Assembly (NCBI GenBank): GCA_046759445.1
Contig: JBHICG010000005.1
Coordinates: 40,352-104,351 of the forward strand
DNA from: Candidatus Scalinduaceae bacterium
Lineage (GTDB): Bacteria; Planctomycetota; Brocadiia; Brocadiales; Scalinduaceae
Length of the DNA: 64,000 nucleotides
Direction: 5' to 3'
Below, in pieces: positions 20,103-30,497 of the stretch. The position numbers and the translations under genes were made by a program. The notes beneath the pieces were generated by a model that searched no databases, had not been told where the DNA came from, and was given only the letters and a program-made list of their open reading frames with translations. Every line of letters begins with the position of its first letter. Position 1 is the first letter of the stretch.

Positions 20103-21890
20103 TTAACTTTTTTCCAGACTTTCTTCTATAACTTCTTTATCATATAATGATTTATACAATCCTTCTCTCTTGGTTAATTGTTGATGTGTACCCTTTTCTA
20201 CAATTACGCCTTCCTGCATTACGACTATGAAGTCAAATTCCTTAATAGCGGGTATTCTATGCGTTACCACTATAAGCGTATTTTCTTTTACCACCTCAGA
20301 GATGTTTTTTATTAGTGCTTCTTCCGTCCTTGCATCTACAGCAGAAAGGCAATCATCAAAGATTAAGATTTTGGGATTTATGGCAAGGGCTCTTGCAATA
20401 GAGAGCCTTTGCTTTTGACCACCGGAAAGGTTTATGCCCCTTTCACCCAGGTAACTATCGTATCCCTCTGGTAAATCATCTATTTCTTTTGATATCATTG
20501 ATAAACGTGCTAGCTCTTGAACCTTACGTTCGTCAGATATTGCTGGATTGCCAAAGGCTATATTATTCCTAATCTTTTCAGAGAATAAAAAGGTATCCTG
20601 TGAGACAAAGCCAATGTGTTTCCTGAGTTCCTTAATGTCTATTTTATTAATATCAACGTCATCAAGAAATATCTTATTGTCTTTAGCAGAAAAAATCCTT
20701 GGTATCAGGCTAACAAGAGTAGACTTGCCGCAACTGACGGGTCCGATTATGGCAACTTTTTGACCTGAATCTATCTTTAGATTTACGTTTCGAAGAACAT
20801 CATCCTCATTCCCGTTGTATCTAAAACTTAAATCCGTGAATTCTATTTTGCCCGTAGGTTGAAAATCTTTTATTGCAGATTTATTGGTTACAATCTCGGG
20901 ATTTAAGTCCATAACCTCATCCACCCTTTTCATTGATGCCTTGCCGCGCTGAAATAGTGACAGACACCAACCTACAGCCGTCATGGGCCAGACCATCTTT
21001 GATATATACCTCTGGAAGGCTATTAGTGTGCCTAAAGTAACTGTACCTTCCAGTACCATATTTCCACCGACTAAGAGAAGGATTATAATCCCAAGATATG
21101 TGATATATTCGAAAGCCGGTCCTAGAAGAGATTGAGGAATAGCAAGCGAAAGATTTTTCTTCATAAAATCTCTGCATAATTTGCGGAACGTATTTTCTTC
21201 TTGTTTTGACATGTTAAATCCCTTTACCACACGGATTCCTGATATGTTTTCCTGAGCCTTTTCGCTTATATTGGAAAATTGCTCTTGGACTATCTTGAAT
21301 CTTCTATCAATTGTATTTTTTATCTTATATGCAAAGTATGGCATCAGAGGCAAAGGTAAGAATGTATAAAGGGCAAGTTTTGGAGATAAATAAATAACTA
21401 TTGGTGGTATAATGAAAAAATAAAATAAGGCATCAAGGCCTATGAGCATGCCGGGCCCGACAGCCATCCTCACAGCGGTCAGGTCATTAGTTGCACGAGA
21501 TAAAAGGTCTCCTGTTTTATATTTCTGGAAAAAGGACTGTGATAGCGTCTCAATGTGTTTAAAAAATGCCATTCTCAAATCATACTCACAACGAAAAGCG
21601 GTTCCGATAAAATTTATTCTCCAGTAATATCTTCCTATGCCCTGTACAAGGCTGACAAGGAGATAAATGCCGGAAATGTATGCAATTTTAGTGAGGCTTC
21701 CATCAGACGTGAGTATGTCTACGGCTTCTTTTATGAGGAGAGGTGGAACAATATTGATTATGTCTACCATTATGAGAGAGATTGTTCCAAGTATGAAGTA
21801 TTTCTTATATTTTTTTATAAAGACCTTATATGCTAGATTCTCTTTAAGAAATGATGAAAAAAACATAAGTTTATGATTTAATCTTAGCAT
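20103..21890 (-). CDS. Type IV ABC exporter, TMD-NBD half (degenerate Walker B); heterodimer partner
   Basis: GPVSCGKST; LSGGQKQR; LIFDDCLS (catalytic E replaced by D); tandem with the other half, as in TmrAB/TM287-288. Confidence 0.92.
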   Translation of the reverse strand: MLRLNHKLMFFSSFLKENLAYKVFIKKYKKYFILGTISLIMVDIINIVPPLLIKEAVDILTSDGSLTKIAYISGIYLLVSLVQGIGRYYWRINFIGTAFRCEYDLRMAFFKHIETLSQSFFQKYKTGDLLSRATNDLTAVRMAVGPGMLIGLDALFYFFIIPPIVIYLSPKLALYTFLPLPLMPYFAYKIKNTIDRRFKIVQEQFSNISEKAQENISGIRVVKGFNMSKQEENTFRKLCRDFMKKNLSLAIPQSLLGPAFEYITYLGIIILLLVGGNMVLEGTVTLGTLIAFQRYISKMVWPMTAVGWCLSLFQRGKASMKRVDEVMDLNPEIVTNKSAIKDFQPTGKIEFTDLSFRYNGNEDDVLRNVNLKIDSGQKVAIIGPVSCGKSTLVSLIPRIFSAKDNKIFLDDVDINKIDIKELRKHIGFVSQDTFLFSEKIRNNIAFGNPAISDERKVQELARLSMISKEIDDLPEGYDSYLGERGINLSGGQKQRLSIARALAINPKILIFDDCLSAVDARTEEALIKNISEVVKENTLIVVTHRIPAIKEFDFIVVMQEGVIVEKGTHQQLTKREGLYKSLYDKEVIEESLEKS

Positions 21891-22084
21891 TAAAATGCCA
21901 AGATTGGTTTTTTCAAAAGTTACATTATATTAAAAAAATACACTACTAAATCAGACCTTTCTCATTGCTCAGAGTGACATTATTACTATTATGTTGTCAA
22001 TCCTTCATTTCATTCAGGACATGTTTTCACAATTTATAGTGACATAAATGTTATGTAGGTTTAATATAATTGTATTTCCTAATT

Positions 22085-22233
22085 AGTATCTGTTGCGGAA
22101 AGCCCAAATATCCAAAGGTGTCATTCTGCCCCCATTCCTAGCTTACGCAAGGAAGCTATGGGGGTCAGAATCTATATGTATCAATCCTGAAACAAGTTCA
22201 GGATGACGAAACCGCGTTTCTGCAACAGATACT
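22085..22233. mobile_element. MITE with AGTATCTGTTGC termini and 4-bp AATT target duplication, carrying REP-like hairpins
   Basis: aatt|agtatctgttgcggaaa ... tttctgcaacagatact|aatt; internal gtcattctg..cagaatc and tcctgaaacaagttcagga hairpins. Confidence 0.7.
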
Positions 22234-22548
22234 AATTAACTAAAACCTTAAATATAACATGATTTTTTAATTTACTCAATAAATAACTAAAACACTGAGT
22301 CAGCAATTTTATTAATCATAAAAAATGTCATTACACCCCTAATATTTCTATGTTGCAAAACATACATACTCTTTTATAATGACTGTAAGTAAAACGTTAC
22401 TACAAACCACTTTTACCACATATAACAGGCTGTCAAAGAATTGATCATTACCGGGCATCGATCAGAAATCCGGTTATCCTGCTGTTAATCAAATGTTTTA
22501 AAACATCTCGTACATGAAGGGATTCTGTAATATTCTGCGCCGGATCAA

Positions 22549-23925
22549 ATGAAACCGTATAAGCGATATATCCTGATATCTTTGTTGGTTATGCTCATAC
22601 TTGTGATTGTCCTTCCGTGCTCGTTGGTCGTTCTTGTTCTTGAACGCAAACCAGTTGTCACAAGTGTTCAAACGATCAATACTGATGACGCAGTCAGAAC
22701 CCGCGCATTAGTAAAGAAGCTTATTCGTGATTTACAAAACAGCAAAGACCAACCTCTCACCATTTCAGCTACCGAAGATGATATTAACGGTGTATTCTCA
22801 TTCACTCACCGATCAGTACCAGGAATAACCGGCAATGTCCTGATTACGCCTGAACTATTCGAAATGTTAGTAGCCATAAAAATCCCCCATAACCCGGTTG
22901 GTGACTACATGAATGTCAGTTTCAACATTGAGCCGTCTGCCTCAGGGCTTCGAATAGTTAGGGCATCGCTAGGCAGAATTTCTATTCCAGGTTCAATCGC
23001 ACGATATCTTATTGCTTTTTTCCTTGATCTGACGTTTGGTTATAATCAAGGGGGATTCCTTCTGGCTTCTATAGATTCAGTCGTTCTCACAGATACCAGT
23101 ATAAGCGTTCATATGAAGCCGATTCCAGATTTGAAACAGCATGAACAAGAGATGAGGAAGCGTTTCAAATATGTCAGGGATGAAGTAGCCATCATGGGAA
23201 AACCAGAGACCGTCCGAGTCTATTACGCTAAACTAAAAGAACTCTCGGAAAAAGTGCCCACTAACGAACCTGTCTCACTGACCTGTTTTATTGGCCCGCT
23301 GTTTAAGTTTGCGCGGGACAGAGGGGGCGACCCGGCTGATGAAAATCGCGCAGCCATACTGGCACTTGGCATATACTTCGGCCACTGGCGAGTTGAGCAG
23401 ATGATTGGACACGTACGAATCGGTGAGATGAAAATGCACCGTCGTCAAACAAATAATGTAGTTCTTGCCGGTCGTGTTGATCTCAGGCTACATTTCATCT
23501 TATCTGCCGTACTTGAGATTGCATCCAAAAGGGGTATCACCCATGCCATTGGAGAATTTAAGGAACTTCTGGATGCTGGGCATGGGGGAAGTGGTTTCAG
23601 TTTCGTAGACCTTGCCGCAGACCGGGCTGGTGTTAGGTTTGCCGAAACGGCTACTAATTCCGGTACCGCCAGGAGAATGCAACGCTTGCTAGGAGAAAAT
23701 CTGAGGGAGGACCAGTTTTTTCCAAGTATAGAAGGCCTACCTGAGAGATTGTCGAAGGAGGTCTTTGAACATTATTTCGGTAATGTAAAAAGTGATATCT
23801 ACGTCTCCCTGATTCATGACATCGACACCTGTATTGGGCAACTTCCCGCTTATACAGATGTAAGACGTGAAACCGGTTTGAATGACTGCAACGTTGTATC
23901 CGTTATTCCAGAAGACCTCCTGTAA
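22549..23925 (+). CDS. Membrane-anchored hypothetical protein with YfiM/DUF2279-like C-terminal motif
   Basis: N-terminal TM helix; DLRLHFILSA...GEFKELLD...GSGFSFVDLAADRAG. Confidence 0.65.
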   Translation: MKPYKRYILISLLVMLILVIVLPCSLVVLVLERKPVVTSVQTINTDDAVRTRALVKKLIRDLQNSKDQPLTISATEDDINGVFSFTHRSVPGITGNVLITPELFEMLVAIKIPHNPVGDYMNVSFNIEPSASGLRIVRASLGRISIPGSIARYLIAFFLDLTFGYNQGGFLLASIDSVVLTDTSISVHMKPIPDLKQHEQEMRKRFKYVRDEVAIMGKPETVRVYYAKLKELSEKVPTNEPVSLTCFIGPLFKFARDRGGDPADENRAAILALGIYFGHWRVEQMIGHVRIGEMKMHRRQTNNVVLAGRVDLRLHFILSAVLEIASKRGITHAIGEFKELLDAGHGGSGFSFVDLAADRAGVRFAETATNSGTARRMQRLLGENLREDQFFPSIEGLPERLSKEVFEHYFGNVKSDIYVSLIHDIDTCIGQLPAYTDVRRETGLNDCNVVSVIPEDLL

Positions 23926-24129
23926 ATCGCTCAGATATAAGTTGCAGGCACATGCTTCTTTTTAATCTAATGTACAAACAAAACACAGTCAAAACAAGCG
24001 AAAGTTCAGGTGCATATCCCGGAAGTTGTCTGTCTGTTTGATACGTTTATCCCTTATTTCCCCCCACTTCTTGCTTTCACAAGAAAGCCGTGGGGGGACT
24101 AAAGGGATGTGTATTCTCTGTTTTACTTT

Positions 24130-24192
24130 AAATTCATCGATAAAACTATCAATTGGTTTTCGTCGATGAAAGTCATATCCCATCATTTTCAT
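24130..24192 (-). pseudogene. Fragment of a DUF559-type endonuclease gene
   Basis: MKMMGYDFHRRKPIDSFIDEF resembles the DUF559 core (GYDFHRQKPI..YIVDF); similarity ends there. Confidence 0.5.
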
Positions 24193-24193
24193 A

Positions 24194-24257
24194 TGCTGGT
24201 TCAGGCTTGTAGCCTGAACCAAAACGTTTAGGTTCAATCAACATGATTGAACCAGCA
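24194..24257. repeat. REP doublet (REPIN-like)
   Basis: tgctGGTTCAGGC-ttgta-GCCTGAACC and an inverted second unit GGTTCAATC-aacat-GATTGAACCagca; both read TGCTGGTTCA from the outer ends. Confidence 0.7.
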
Positions 24258-24387
24258 GAAATCTTTACAGGTTGTCCGAGAATTGTCATTAAAATCATAA
24301 GTTGCGTACACAGGATTATGAATACCATAAGGGCAAAAGAAAAATTTAAGTAGAAAAGGAGGCATTTTGTAATGATGAGTTTTAAAA

Positions 24388-25137
24388 TCAATGCATTACC
24401 TTACCACCATCTACTACCAAACAATTTCCTGTAACAAAGTCAGACCAGTTGGATGCGTAGAAAAGGACGGCTTTGGCTACATCTTTGGGTAATGTAAGAC
24501 GCCCTAATGGTGTTTGTTGAGCTATTGATTCCTGGATATGAGGGGGTGCATGAGGCGTTCTCTTTGATAGTGTAAAACCTGTATTTATTAGATTGACGGT
24601 TATCCCAAAAGCGCCTAAATCAACCGCAAGGCTCCTTGTAAAACCAATCAGTGCTGATTGAGCTGTTATATAACAACTGTATCCTTTTACGGGTTCATTA
24701 ACCATACTATCCAATATATTTATGATCCTTCCCCATTTCTTGTTTTTCATCTTTCCAATAACTGCCTGACAGCAATTGTATGCCCCTTTTATTGTGCCGT
24801 ATAAGTTTGTTTCGTATTCATCCCATTTAGTTTCATCGAAGGAATTTCGTCTTATGGTACCGTGTACGTTGTTCACAAGAATATCTACACTACCAAACTG
24901 TCTGACAGTTTCCTCGACCATACCATGCACATCTTCTTTTAAAGTCACATCAGCTTGCCATACTATTGCCTTTCCTCCATTGTTTAAGATCTTTTTCTGA
25001 ACTGATTCTGCCTCTTCATTCCTTTTAAGATAGTTTATGGTAACTGATGCACCTTCAGATGCCATTAGTTCAGAAATTGCTCTCCCTTTATCACTACTAC
25101 CACCTGTTACTATTGCAACTTTGCCTTTCAGTTTCAA
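24388..25137 (-). CDS. SDR family oxidoreductase (FabG-like), atypical catalytic motif
   Basis: GKVAIVTGG, DILVNN, GITVNLI and VTGNCLVVDGG motifs; YxxxK reads YITAQ; TTG start. Confidence 0.85.
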   Translation of the reverse strand: MKLKGKVAIVTGGSSDKGRAISELMASEGASVTINYLKRNEEAESVQKKILNNGGKAIVWQADVTLKEDVHGMVEETVRQFGSVDILVNNVHGTIRRNSFDETKWDEYETNLYGTIKGAYNCCQAVIGKMKNKKWGRIINILDSMVNEPVKGYSCYITAQSALIGFTRSLAVDLGAFGITVNLINTGFTLSKRTPHAPPHIQESIAQQTPLGRLTLPKDVAKAVLFYASNWSDFVTGNCLVVDGGKVMH

Positions 25138-25362
25138 AAAATCACCTCGCTTTTTTTATAAGATATCAGGATGAATAAAAAGCTTGTCCTGGTAAAAGCC
25201 TTGTGGTTTTATATTCCTCAAAAATATTTTACATGAACAACATTAATTCTGATTATTATAATGTTTAATAGTTTGTAATAGTTAATAAAAAATACATAAA
25301 TTTTGAAAAAACTTAAACAAATTGAAAGAGGAAAGTAAAGTATATGCAATTTGCTCGCAAAA

Positions 25363-25665
25363 CTATCCCTTTACTACTTCAAAGATAACTGTACCTCCAC
25401 CTGTATATTCACAAGGGTCAAGGCATTGGAGATATGCCCTTCTCCCTTTTCTGGCCAGTCCAAGCTCAGTGGGTGCAATGCCTCTTGAAAGTGCGACATA
25501 ATAAGGAAATATAGAACCAAGCGAGTGCATGCATATATTATCCGTCCCCTTCATATTTAGCTTATATCCTTCATCTATAACAATCTTTTCACCTGGTTTG
25601 TAAACAGGACAAATACCCCTTATCTCCTTAACCTTAATCGTTAACCTCTTAATATCTTTTTTCAT
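25363..25665 (-). CDS. TIGR04076-like small Cys-containing protein
   Basis: VKEIRGICP.YKPG...ICMHSL...QCLDP...GGTVIFEV. Confidence 0.7.
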   Translation of the reverse strand: MKKDIKRLTIKVKEIRGICPVYKPGEKIVIDEGYKLNMKGTDNICMHSLGSIFPYYVALSRGIAPTELGLARKGRRAYLQCLDPCEYTGGGTVIFEVVKG

Positions 25666-25959
25666 TTCTACTCTCCTACAAATGCTTCGGAATTTTTATA
25701 TATCTAAAAAACATACCTGCAATGAGGAAATGTGTTTCTCACTTAATAATCATACCATAAATTCCAAAAAACAGGTTTTGTCATCTTTTGTTGAAAGTTC
25801 GTATCTCTTTTGTCATTATTGCCTTATGAACAAACAAAAAGAAAGTGTTGTTTCTTGTAAACATGCTATGACATTAAAAGTGTAATTATTTATTTTACTC
25901 AATAGTCATAAGTGTTTTTTTGTTAATAAGTTATATCATTTTTATTAGAAGTTACATTT

Positions 25960-25975
25960 CTGGTTAAATTTTTGC
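25960..25975 (+). promoter_or_regulatory. Possible sigma54 promoter of the glycan locus (CTGGTTAAATTTTTGC)
   Basis: GG-N10-GC spacing with TTGC, upstream of 26208. Confidence 0.3.
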
Positions 25976-26207
25976 GCTTATAAACATCCTCATTTTAATA
26001 AAGTTAAGTTGTTTTTAGCAAAATTATAGTGAAATCAACTCCCTACGTTGCATCTTCAAATGTAACTGAGAGGGCGGAGCTGTGCCGACTTATTAGGAAT
26101 TAAAATATTAAATCCAAAACCATTTCCCTTTTCCATTATCAATAATGAATGAAGATTGGGTTTGTGCAGTAGGGTTTTTCTTTATTTAACAAATACAAAT
26201 TATTTCA

Positions 26208-27233
26208 ATGTCTAATCAACCTTTTGTCTCGGTTATTATTCCTATACATAATGGTGGCAAACATATCGAGAAGTTTCTGGATGCCTTAATTACTTCGTCT
26301 TATCCATCTTTTGAAATCATTATGGTAGATGACTGTTCAACGGATAACAGTGTAGAAATAGCTCGTCAAAAGGGGATAACCATACTCCAGCTTTCAAGAC
26401 AGTCAGGGCCAGCTTTTGCTAGGAATTTCGGTGCTAAACATGCTCGAGGAGAGATCCTCCTATTTATAGATTCCGATGTGGCTGTACGTAGAGAAACTAT
26501 TTCATCGGTTGTAGTCAACTTCCAGCACAATTCTGACATTGTAGCCGTATTCGGTTCTTATGATGATGATCCTGCAGAAGGAAATTTTATTTCCCAGTAT
26601 AAAAACCTCTTTCATCATTTTCATCATCAATATTCAAACACTGAGGCCTCTACTTTCTGGTCTGGATGTGGTGCTATACGGAAAAACGTCTTTGAGGAAA
26701 TAGGTGGATTTAATCAAAAACGGTACACAAAAGCCTCCATTGAAGATATCGAATTAGGTTATAGAATCCGTAAAAAAGGGCACCGAATCCTTCTAGACAA
26801 GAGTCTTCAGGTTAAACATCTTAAGCGATGGGAATTTTTACCTATTTTACGGACAGATATATTTCAAAGAGCAATTCCATGGTCACGTTTGATTCTGGAA
26901 ACAAAATTTATGCCAAAGGATCTCAATCTCCAAATATCGCATAGGATCAGTTCAATCTCTGTAGTTTTGATGATTTTAGTAATTCCAATCTTACTTTTTA
27001 ATCATACGAAATTTTATAGTATACCCACAGTCCTTATTGCAGGTCTTTTATCATTAATGTTTCTTATCCTTAATCGGAAATTATATGTTTTCTATATAAG
27101 GAGAAGAGGGTTCCGTTTTATGTTGCAAGTTATTCCTCTCCATCTTCTATATTACTTTTATAGTGGTACGGCATTTGTTATCTGTTGGATTACCTATAGA
27201 ATCCCCACCTTTATATCTTCTATTTTGTGGTAA
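26208..27233 (+). CDS. Glycosyltransferase family 2
   Basis: VSVIIP, VDDCSTD, GPAFARN, FIDSD and EDIELGYR motifs; C-terminal TM helices. Confidence 0.9.
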   Translation: MSNQPFVSVIIPIHNGGKHIEKFLDALITSSYPSFEIIMVDDCSTDNSVEIARQKGITILQLSRQSGPAFARNFGAKHARGEILLFIDSDVAVRRETISSVVVNFQHNSDIVAVFGSYDDDPAEGNFISQYKNLFHHFHHQYSNTEASTFWSGCGAIRKNVFEEIGGFNQKRYTKASIEDIELGYRIRKKGHRILLDKSLQVKHLKRWEFLPILRTDIFQRAIPWSRLILETKFMPKDLNLQISHRISSISVVLMILVIPILLFNHTKFYSIPTVLIAGLLSLMFLILNRKLYVFYIRRRGFRFMLQVIPLHLLYYFYSGTAFVICWITYRIPTFISSILW

Positions 27234-27242
27234 AAGATCAAA

Positions 27243-28760
27243 ATGCGAGAGATCATAGGAAAATTAGATAATAAAAAAGTAGTCATCATTGGTGGTGGAC
27301 CAGCAGGACTAACCACTGCCTATGAAATCTCCAAGATGGGTGGAGAGTCTATTATTCTTGAAAAAGACCAAATGGTCGGTGGGATCTCAAGGACTGTCAA
27401 TTACAAAAACTACTACTTTGATATAGGAGGCCATCGTTTTTTCACTAAGGTTAAAATAGTTGATGATATATGGAAGGAAGTGCTTGGAGATGATTTCCTA
27501 AAACGCAAACGACTTTCAAGGATCTATTTCAATAATAAGTTCTTTTACTACCCTCTTCGCCCTATTAATGCTCTATTAGGATTGGGGCTATGGAAAAGCG
27601 TTTTGATACTTGCCAGTTACCTTCATTCCCAAATACTCCCTTCAAAAAAAGAAGAAAGCTTAGAACAATGGGTCTCCAACCGCTTTGGGAAATTTTTATA
27701 TAGAACATTCTTCAAAACCTATACGGAAAAGGTATGGGGAATACCATGTTCTGAAATAAGGGCTGAATGGGCTGCACAACGAATTAAAGGCCTCTCCCTC
27801 TTAAGTACCCTAAAAAACGCACTAATAAAACCAAAGAACAGTGGAAATGGAAGCGTTATTAAAACACTTATTAATAGTTTTAACTATCCTAAATTAGGAC
27901 CTGGCATGATGTGGCAATCTATGGCAGAGATCATACGAGGAAAAGGATCTCGAATTTACCTGGGAGTAAAGGTTGAAAGAATTCTATGGAACAATAACAG
28001 GATCGAATATTTAGAAGTAAAGCAAAATGGAGAGAAGAAATTTATACATGGAACCCACTTTATCAATAGTATGCCTATAAGAGAACTCATACAAAAGTTT
28101 AAACCATCTGTACCAGAAAAAGTGCTAGAAGCCGCTAGCAGACTCACTTACAGAGACTTTATTACAGTAGCACTCATAGTTAATAAACGTGACGTATTCT
28201 CTGACAACTGGATATACATTCACGACCCCAATGTCAAACTAAGTAGAATTCAAAACTTTAAGAATTGGAGCCCTTATATGGTACCAGACCCAGATAAAAC
28301 GTGTCTGGGGCTGGAGTATTTTTGCTTCGAGGGAGATGAGTTGTGGACGATGTCGGATCAAGAATTGATTGAATTAGGAAAGAAAGAACTGGAGGTGTTA
28401 GGTTTAGTACGAATGTGTGATATTGAGGATGGTACGGTCGTACGGATGCCCAAGGCATACCCTGTTTATGATCAGACTTATCATAAAAATCTAATGACAG
28501 TACGCCGGTACCTGGAAAAATTCTCAAACCTTCAGACAATAGGTCGCAATGGACTTCACCGTTACAACAACCAGGACCATTCTATGATGACGGGAGTGTT
28601 TGCGGCTCGAAATGTAATAGGTGCAAATTGTGACGTCTGGTCGGTGAACACTGAGATGGAATATCATGAGGAAAGTTTCGTAGCAAAATCGAGGGATCGG
28701 GATAATTTAGTACCTACAAGCGATGCAACCCTGAAGGTTACTAATATATTATCTGACTAA
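27243..28760 (+). CDS. FAD-dependent oxidoreductase (UDP-galactopyranose mutase/protoporphyrinogen oxidase-like), glycan locus
   Basis: GGGPAG, DIGGHRFF, YTEKVWG and GRNGLHRYNNQDHSM motifs. Confidence 0.85.
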   Translation: MREIIGKLDNKKVVIIGGGPAGLTTAYEISKMGGESIILEKDQMVGGISRTVNYKNYYFDIGGHRFFTKVKIVDDIWKEVLGDDFLKRKRLSRIYFNNKFFYYPLRPINALLGLGLWKSVLILASYLHSQILPSKKEESLEQWVSNRFGKFLYRTFFKTYTEKVWGIPCSEIRAEWAAQRIKGLSLLSTLKNALIKPKNSGNGSVIKTLINSFNYPKLGPGMMWQSMAEIIRGKGSRIYLGVKVERILWNNNRIEYLEVKQNGEKKFIHGTHFINSMPIRELIQKFKPSVPEKVLEAASRLTYRDFITVALIVNKRDVFSDNWIYIHDPNVKLSRIQNFKNWSPYMVPDPDKTCLGLEYFCFEGDELWTMSDQELIELGKKELEVLGLVRMCDIEDGTVVRMPKAYPVYDQTYHKNLMTVRRYLEKFSNLQTIGRNGLHRYNNQDHSMMTGVFAARNVIGANCDVWSVNTEMEYHEESFVAKSRDRDNLVPTSDATLKVTNILSD

Positions 28761-28813
28761 ATGATTAAGATGGTATTTTACTTTGCTGGATTCAACTACT
28801 TTAGACTTTTTGT

Positions 28814-29713
28814 ATGTTTGGTAAATGGCTAATGAAAGAATATGATCCTGTAATTCTTGATGTAGTAGATAAGGAACCAAAATTACAAAGTCAAGAAATA
28901 GATTTAAAAACAGTGGAGCAAAGTAAATCCGTTTTTTCCACAAACCAGCTACGAGAACTCTGGCGTTATCGAGAGTTAATAGTAGGATTATTTTGGACTA
29001 CTCTGAAGTTACGCTATGCAGGTTCAGTTTTGGGAATCATATGGTCTATAGTCAACCCCATACTATACATCGCTACTTACTGGGTAGTATTTTCATATAT
29101 AATACGTATGGGGCTTTCAGACTACCCCCTCTTTTTGATACCGGGTTTCCTGGCATGGAATTTTACACTTGTATCTTTATTAAGTGCAAGTGAGTCTATC
29201 ATCAATGGCAAACACCTGATTACCAAAATTGCTTTTCCAATTGAGATCCTAACACTGGTCAGTGTAGCTGTTTATTTGTTTGATTTTTTAGTCGCTCTCT
29301 CGCTTTATCTGCTTGTGGTTGTAATCTTACCGCCTACATTACCTTTAACTGTAGTAGCGCTACCTCTGGTGATCATTATACAAATACTCTTCACTACAGG
29401 ATTGGCTATGTTAATAGCATGTGGTTCCGTATTTTTTAGGGATATTCCTAAACTTCTTCCAATCCTTGGTAATATCTTTTTTTTCTTAACACCAATTTTT
29501 TACCCATTGAACATTGTTCCCGAACCCTGGCGACTATTAATACAGCTTAATCCGATGACTCAGATCATCACATTCTATCATGAACTGCTCTACGTTAGGA
29601 TTTGGCCACAATCTCTTGACATTGGATTTGCATTTCTTGTAGCTATTTCACTATTAGTATTAGGTTTATCGGTATTTAATTTATTAAAACATAGATTTGC
29701 CGAATTATCTTAA
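28814..29713 (+). CDS. wzm: Polysaccharide ABC exporter permease
   Basis: LRYAGSVLGIIWSIVNP, FFRDI, FFLTPIFYP and LNPM motifs. Confidence 0.9.
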   Translation: MFGKWLMKEYDPVILDVVDKEPKLQSQEIDLKTVEQSKSVFSTNQLRELWRYRELIVGLFWTTLKLRYAGSVLGIIWSIVNPILYIATYWVVFSYIIRMGLSDYPLFLIPGFLAWNFTLVSLLSASESIINGKHLITKIAFPIEILTLVSVAVYLFDFLVALSLYLLVVVILPPTLPLTVVALPLVIIIQILFTTGLAMLIACGSVFFRDIPKLLPILGNIFFFLTPIFYPLNIVPEPWRLLIQLNPMTQIITFYHELLYVRIWPQSLDIGFAFLVAISLLVLGLSVFNLLKHRFAELS

Positions 29714-29729
29714 TTACTAATCTTATCGT

Positions 29730-30497
29730 ATGGTTGATTTAATAATTGAATGTAAACAGTTGAGCAAGAAATTTCGATGGTATCATCGCCATGACTCTTT
29801 GAAAAGTACATTTGCGAATTTACGGTACAGGCATAAAGAAGTTTTAGAATGGTATGTCTTCGAAAACATAAACCTGAAAATCCACAAAGGAGAACGCATC
29901 GGTATCGTTGGTAGAAATGGTTGTGGTAAAACAACTTTATTGAAATTAATTACTGGTATTTACAAACCAACTACCGGTAGTATTAAAATTTGCAGTAATC
30001 GAATGTTAGCTCTCATCGAGTTAGGAGCTGGGTTTTACCCAGACTTAACTGGAAGAGAAAACATCAAACTAAATTGGGTATTCAACGGACTTCCTAAAAA
30101 AGAGCTTACTCCCTGCTTCGATAGTATCGTTGATTTTGCGGGAATCGAAGATTTTCTCGATACACCTCTAAAATTTTACTCATCAGGTATGGCTGCCCGT
30201 CTGGGTTTTGCGATTGCCATTCATGCACGTCCGGACTTGCTGATTGTCGACGAAATTCTTACAGTTGGTGACGCTGAATTTCAACAGCGATGCTCTACAA
30301 AAATTGATGAGATCTGCCGAAATGGTGTTACTCTAATTCTGGTATCACATAATGCCAGCGATATTAAACGAGTTTGTAAACGTGCTATATGGTTAGATGG
30401 GGGTGCTGTACGTTATGATGGTGAAGTCAAACAAACCATAAATGCTTATAATAGCGCTGATAGCTTAACAAACAAGAGTATCATGGGTATAAAGTAA
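29730..30497 (+). CDS. wzt: Polysaccharide ABC exporter ATPase (no C-terminal carbohydrate-binding domain)
   Basis: GRNGCGKTT, LTGREN, YSSGM and VDEIL motifs; only 255 aa. Confidence 0.9.
   Translation: MVDLIIECKQLSKKFRWYHRHDSLKSTFANLRYRHKEVLEWYVFENINLKIHKGERIGIVGRNGCGKTTLLKLITGIYKPTTGSIKICSNRMLALIELGAGFYPDLTGRENIKLNWVFNGLPKKELTPCFDSIVDFAGIEDFLDTPLKFYSSGMAARLGFAIAIHARPDLLIVDEILTVGDAEFQQRCSTKIDEICRNGVTLILVSHNASDIKRVCKRAIWLDGGAVRYDGEVKQTINAYNSADSLTNKSIMGIK

Noticed and set aside
23989..24391. ORFs of 82 and 72 aa as real genes
   Set aside because: They run through palindromic repeats and a DUF559 remnant.
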